From positions 103,170,001 through 103,234,000 of the forward strand of contig CM059431.1 in the NCBI GenBank assembly GCA_030390025.1: a stretch of 64,000 nucleotides of DNA, in the 5' to 3' direction. The notes under the pieces were generated by a model. It was not told where the DNA came from. It searched no databases and was given only the letters and a program-made list of their open reading frames with translations. Of the stretch, positions 59,461 through 64,000 are shown piece after piece. The translations under genes were made by a program, and so were the position numbers. Within the stretch, counting starts at the first letter, position 1; each line of letters starts with the position of its first letter. Origin of the DNA: Squalus acanthias. Taxonomy: Eukaryota.

Positions 59461-60138
59461 TTCCTGCATCATGACCTTCTGAGTCTTCTGGACGAGAGGC
59501 TGCCCTAGGAAAATTTTTGTTTAGAAACCTGCCAGTGTGTGTTCCTGTCCATGTTTCTTCCTCCTTTTGTGCCCAGCCAGGGGAGGCGAGCCTGTTTCAG
59601 ACAAACCTCCACCCAGTGCCTGGGACCAGATACCTCTCAGCACAATGGGGGTTATATTGGGCCGGGTAGCGCCCGTTCTTCAGGTGCTACGCGGACTCCT
59701 AAGGCACCAAAAACGGCGGGCAGGACGCGCTTGCACTCACTTCCGAACGGAGGTGCGCCGCCCGCCATATTGGATATGGACAAATGAGCAGCGTCCTGCA
59801 CCCACGCCTTAAGCAGACGTTATCCCCTTTGCTTAAGCAAACAAGGGGTCTAACCCTGCTGTAACATGGGTTTGCCCCGAGGCAGTCCCACGGTCCAACA
59901 GTTACAGTGGGTAGAAATGGCAAATTATGCATCGATAATGCGGTGTTGACATTATGGCCACATGCCAAGCAAGCGATTCACCAGCACTAAACAGAGGGGC
60001 TGATCCTGCAGTGATTATACTTAAACTTGCAGAACACAGAAGACCTTTTATTAATAGTTAATCTGGCTTCCTCATTACCCAATAACTTGCTCTACATCTT
60101 TCACTCCTTGTCTACAAATAGAGCCATTAAAACACTTG

Positions 60139-60774
60139 GGGCTGGATTTTGATACTGGGTCGGGTTGGGGTCGTGTTATCCACCCGACTGCAATTGGATG
60201 TGGGAGATTGATGCGATTTTCACCCTATTGGGCAATTGAGTTCCAGCATGTGGGAACCCATGACCCAATCAGTGTTTTCAGTTTGAAAGTCGCCTCTGAT
60301 GATGTCATCATTGCTGCTGCATTGAAGGTCTGCAAAGACTGCCTGGCCTTTGCTGTGAGAGGACCTGAAGGCAAAATGAGCAGCAGCAGTCCTAAGTCTG
60401 CTCCCAGATATTTTTCCTACTACTACTTCTCCATTGTAATAGTGGACCTGCAGCTGATAGTCAGCTTTCGAAATGTGCTCCCGCCAGGTTTCACAATCGT
60501 GGTTCAGAACAGGCGTGCTTCACGTAGAACAAGGGTTAAAATCACAACGGCCTTTCAAAATGGCATTATAGAGCCAATTTAGTGCTTGTTAAGGGCCTTA
60601 ACAGCCTATCCTGCCTCTTAAAGGCGGGACGGAGTCGGGACCAGCAGACACGATTTAATGAAAATTGCGTGGAGGCGGGATGGAGGTGGACTTGTGCCCG
60701 CCCGCCAGTTTTCGCAATTTTAACCCCCCACACGCCTCCAAACCCGCCTCCATGAGTCAATGAAAATCCAGCCC
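60139..60774. mobile_element. Harbinger MITE related to family D
   Basis: TIRs GGGCTGGATTTT / AAAATCCAGCCC, TSD TTG (60136-60138, 60775-60777); GAAAGTCGCCTCTGATGA and GTTAAGGGCCTTAA shared with 43889-48747. Confidence 0.88.
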
Positions 60775-61247
60775 TTGATGTCTCCTTAGAAAAGCTATAA
60801 GTTTCCTCTTCCCCCAGAATAAATCTGGACATTTACAACACACTACTACTGGGAGAAACATCATAAGATTACAAAGAGCACAGAAACAGGCCATTCGGCC
60901 CAACTGGTCCGTGCCGGTGTTTATGCTCCAGACCAGCCTCCTCCCACCCCTACTTCATCTCACCCCATCTACATAGGCCCGTATTTTCCGGGCTCTGCCT
61001 ATGCACCTGTAAGGGCCCCCGCAGAACTTGCGATCTGCCAAAAGAATCCTCTTGACAGATCGTAGCCATCCCCGGGAAATGGACATCCGCGGGCGGAGAG
61101 TCGGGCTATTTGCCCAACTACTGCCCAGCTTTTGGTCCGTGAAATTCTTACACCTGGTGAAAGCAAGAGTAAGGCCTGCTTTTACCCGCGTAAGAGTTTA
61201 AATGAATAAAAACATTTATTTAAACATATAAACACCTGTAAAATAAG

Positions 61248-61517
61248 CCATGATGTGGAGATGCCGGTGTTGGACTGGGGTGGACAAATGTGAGAAATCG
61301 CACAACACCAGGTTATAGTCCAACAGCTTTATTTGAAATCACAAGCTTTCGGAGCGCTGCTCCTTCGTCAGGTGAAGTGAAGAGATGCATATAGGCACAG
61401 CATATATAGTCAGAGAACACTGCCAGATGATTACAGTTAATCTTTCTAACTGCCCTTTATCACACCTCGGCAGAGAGTTAATCACGGCAATCAAAGGTGT
61501 GGATGGTGTCCAAACAG
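61248..61517 (-). mobile_element. Penelope-like fragment with 10-bp TSD
   Basis: GTAAAATAAG at 61238-61247 and 61518-61527; carries a hammerhead. Confidence 0.7.
61339..61375 (-). ncRNA. Minimal type I hammerhead ribozyme
   Basis: TCAC-CTGACGA-A-GGAGC-AGC-GCTCC-GAAA-GC-TT-GTGA; perfect stems I and II, palindromic AAGCTT. Confidence 0.78.
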
Positions 61518-62050
61518 GTAAAATAAGGTAAGGTTATTTTTAGCCCCTTTAAAACGTTTACATTTATTTTTCAAAAAATTAAACTTTTGTTTTAAATGTT
61601 TAGTTAAATGGAATTTTAATTAATTTTAAATATTTAATTTTTTAAAAAATGTATTTGGTTTGTAAATGTGTTTTTTATGTGATCCCCATTCATGCTTATG
61701 GGGTTTCTGTATGCATGGAATCCCCATAAGCATGAATGGGGATCCCCCTTCTTTCACTGGTTGGGTCGGTCCACGTGATCCCAGGGCACGCTCACGAACT
61801 GCCTGCACCCTGGGATACCTGGGCCTCTACACATGTCTACGTGCAGAGGCCCAGGACCGCGAGTCTCTGTGGGTCCCGAGGCACCAGGTAGGCGCGGATT
61901 TTATTTGTGCATCGGAGGCATTTCCTCGTGGGAACCTTCCGACCGCAAATTCAGGCCCATAATCTTCTATTCCTTTCTCCCTCGCGTGTTTATCAAGCTT
62001 CCCCTTAAAATGCATCGATGCTACTCGCCTCAACCACTCCCTGTGGTAGC

Positions 62051-62366
62051 AGAATCCCCACAGTGCAGATAGAGGCCATTTCGGCCCATCGAGCCTGCAC
62101 CGACACATATCCCACCCTATCCCCGTAACCCCCACGTATTTAATCCCCCTAACACTAAGGGTCAATTTATCATAGCGACCAACCATCAAACCAAATCAAC
62201 CTAACCTGCACATCTTTGGACTGTGGGAGGAAACCGGAGCACCCGGAGGAAACCCACGCAGACACGGGGAGAATGTGCAAACTCCACACAGACAGTCACC
62301 CGAGGCTGGATTCGAACCCGGGTCCCTGGCGCTGTGAGGCAACAGTGCTAACCACTATGCCACCGT
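62051..62366 (-). mobile_element. HE1-like tRNA-derived V-SINE
   Basis: Minus strand CACGGTGGCATAGTGGTTAGC (A-box), GGTTCGAATCC (B-box), V-domain GTGTGGAGTTTGCACATTCTCCCCGTGTCTGCGTGGGTTTCCTCCGGG, CR1-like tail; TSD GTAGC. Confidence 0.85.
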
Positions 62367-62888
62367 GTAGCGAGTTCCACATTCTCACCACTCTCTGGGT
62401 AAAGAAGTTTCTCCTGAATTCCTTATTGGATTTATTAGTGACTATCTTATATTTCTCTGTCTGCCACATCAAACCCCTTTCATAATTTGTAAAGACCTCG
62501 ATCAGGTCACCTCTCTGTCTTCACTTTTCTAGAGAAAAGATCCCCAGCCTGCTCAGTCTTTTCTGACAGTTGTTATCCTATTTCTCAAAAATGTAACATT
62601 TGCATTGTTTACCCCACTGAGAGTTGAGCTGTCCCATCAGTCTATATCCTTTCTTCCCTCTGGCATTAGTACTGTCTGGGTTCCTTTTCATTTCTGTCTG
62701 GTTTTCAAGCAGCCCCAGGATACTAGCTGAATGAGGGAGAGTTCTGATGCTTTGTCTTCAATCCTATGTGTATTAATATTAGGTGGTATGTTGTACCTTC
62801 TTCAGCAAGTTGCCACATGCGTATCAAATTTCTTTTGGGTTACTGCTACAACAAACTCTCTACTCCATTCAAACCAGAACCGAGTGGG

Positions 62889-63601
62889 TAGAATAGAATC
62901 ATAGAATGGTTACAGCACGGAAGAAGGCCATTCGGCCCCTCGAGCCCGTGCCGGCTCTCTGCAAGAGCACTTCAGCTAGTCCCACTCCCCCATCCTTTCC
63001 CCGTAGCCCTGCGAATTTTTTCCTTCAGGTACTTATCCAATTCCCTTTTGAAAGCCACGATTGAATCTGCCTCCACCACCCTTTCAGGCAGTGCATTCCA
63101 GATCTTAACCACTCGCTGCATAAAAAAGTTTTTTCTTATGTCGCCTTTGGTTCTTCTGCCAATCACCTTAAATCTGTGTCCTCTGGTTCTCGACCCTTCT
63201 GCCAATGGGAACAGTTTCACTCTATCTACTCTGTACAACTATAAGCAAAGATTGAACAGGCTGGGGCTCTTTTCTCTAGACAAGAGAAGTCTGAGGGGGT
63301 GACCTGATAGAGGTCTTTAAGTATATGAAAGGGTCTGATAGGGTAGAAGATGTTTCCACTTGTAGGGGGAGACCAAAACTAGGTGCCATAAATATCAGAT
63401 AGTCACTAATAAATCCAATAGGGAATTCAGGAGAAACTTCTTTACCCAGAGAGTGGTGAGAATGTGGAACTCGCTACCACAGGGAGTGGTTGAGGCGAAT
63501 CGCATAGATACATTTAAGGGGAAGCTGGATAAGCACATGAGGGTGAAAGGAATAGAAGGTTATGCTGATAGGGTGAAATGAAGAGGGCTGGGAGGAGGCT
63601 C
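62889..63601. mobile_element. Two abutting CR1 3' fragments (62889-63231 -, 63235-63601 +)
   Basis: RVVKIWNALP on -; RLGLFSL..WNSLP on +. Confidence 0.85.
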
Positions 63602-64000
63602 TGTGAAGGAATAAGCCATATAAGCTATTCAGAAAAATACACCATTCTATGAAAGAATTCTGGCCTTATTAAAACATGACAAACTGGGTCTGGAAATCTA
63701 GAAACCTAACTGAAAAAGCTATGATAGCATTCTGGCTATAGAGATAAGATAGTTGTTGACACTGAATCAATAACCTTATTGAAACAGAAGGTTAAAGGCT
63801 CCCACAGTCTGAATCTTTGGGAACAAACAATGGTTCACCCTGTACAAGGTGTTCTAATTTACACTTTGTAAAGAAGCACAAACATCTGCCTTCATATAAA
63901 TGACATCAAATAAAATGCACCTGCTGTTACACCGTTTTTTATGGTAAACTTAGAACACCTAGAGGAGAGACACGATTCTGTAATGCTACCAGCTGAGGTG
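63602..64000 (+). mobile_element. LTR of the 6974-8074 family, cut by window end
   Basis: TGTGAAGGAATAAGCCATATAA.. collinear with 6974 onward. Confidence 0.88.

Larger units (their letters stand above)
60976..61958. mobile_element. Harbinger-type MITE (10306 family)
   Basis: Degenerate TIRs GGCCCGTATTTT / AAATTCAGGCCC, TSD ATA. Confidence 0.72.
60860..62580 (-). mobile_element. CR1 3' fragment split by a MITE and an HE1-like SINE
   Basis: CR1 pieces at 60860-60972, 61962-62050 and 62372-62580 are collinear. Confidence 0.82.

Overview
Eukaryotic, repeat-dense, largely non-genic DNA. The repeat families (Deu-domain tRNA SINEs of the SacSINE1 type, an HE1-like V-SINE, abundant CR1, L2 and RTE LINEs) point to a cartilaginous fish (shark/ray); the taxon is inferred. 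No host protein-coding gene can be identified with confidence, only a few weak exon candidates. The dominant feature is a dense set of PIF/Harbinger DNA transposons with convergent DDE-transposase and 3-exon Myb/SANT-like genes. These comprise one complete element (23547-27761), one copy with both genes intact but one end lost (49664-53573), a transposase-deleted element (43889-48747), a pseudogenised element (56354-58975), two fossil transposases and several MITEs. Three different Harbinger elements sit back-to-back in consecutive units of an 8-bp (GACTCTNT)n repeat, and an independent copy uses the same GACTC-TTT target. Also present are four minimal hammerhead ribozymes in Penelope-like termini, four long solo LTRs with 4-bp TSDs plus a fifth LTR cut by the window end, a near-intact CR1 ORF2 split by a 200-N gap that appears to lack no bases, an RTE with a 47-bp TSD and a G4/i-motif minisatellite. 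Coordinates were counted by eye; the ends of degraded repeats are approximate.
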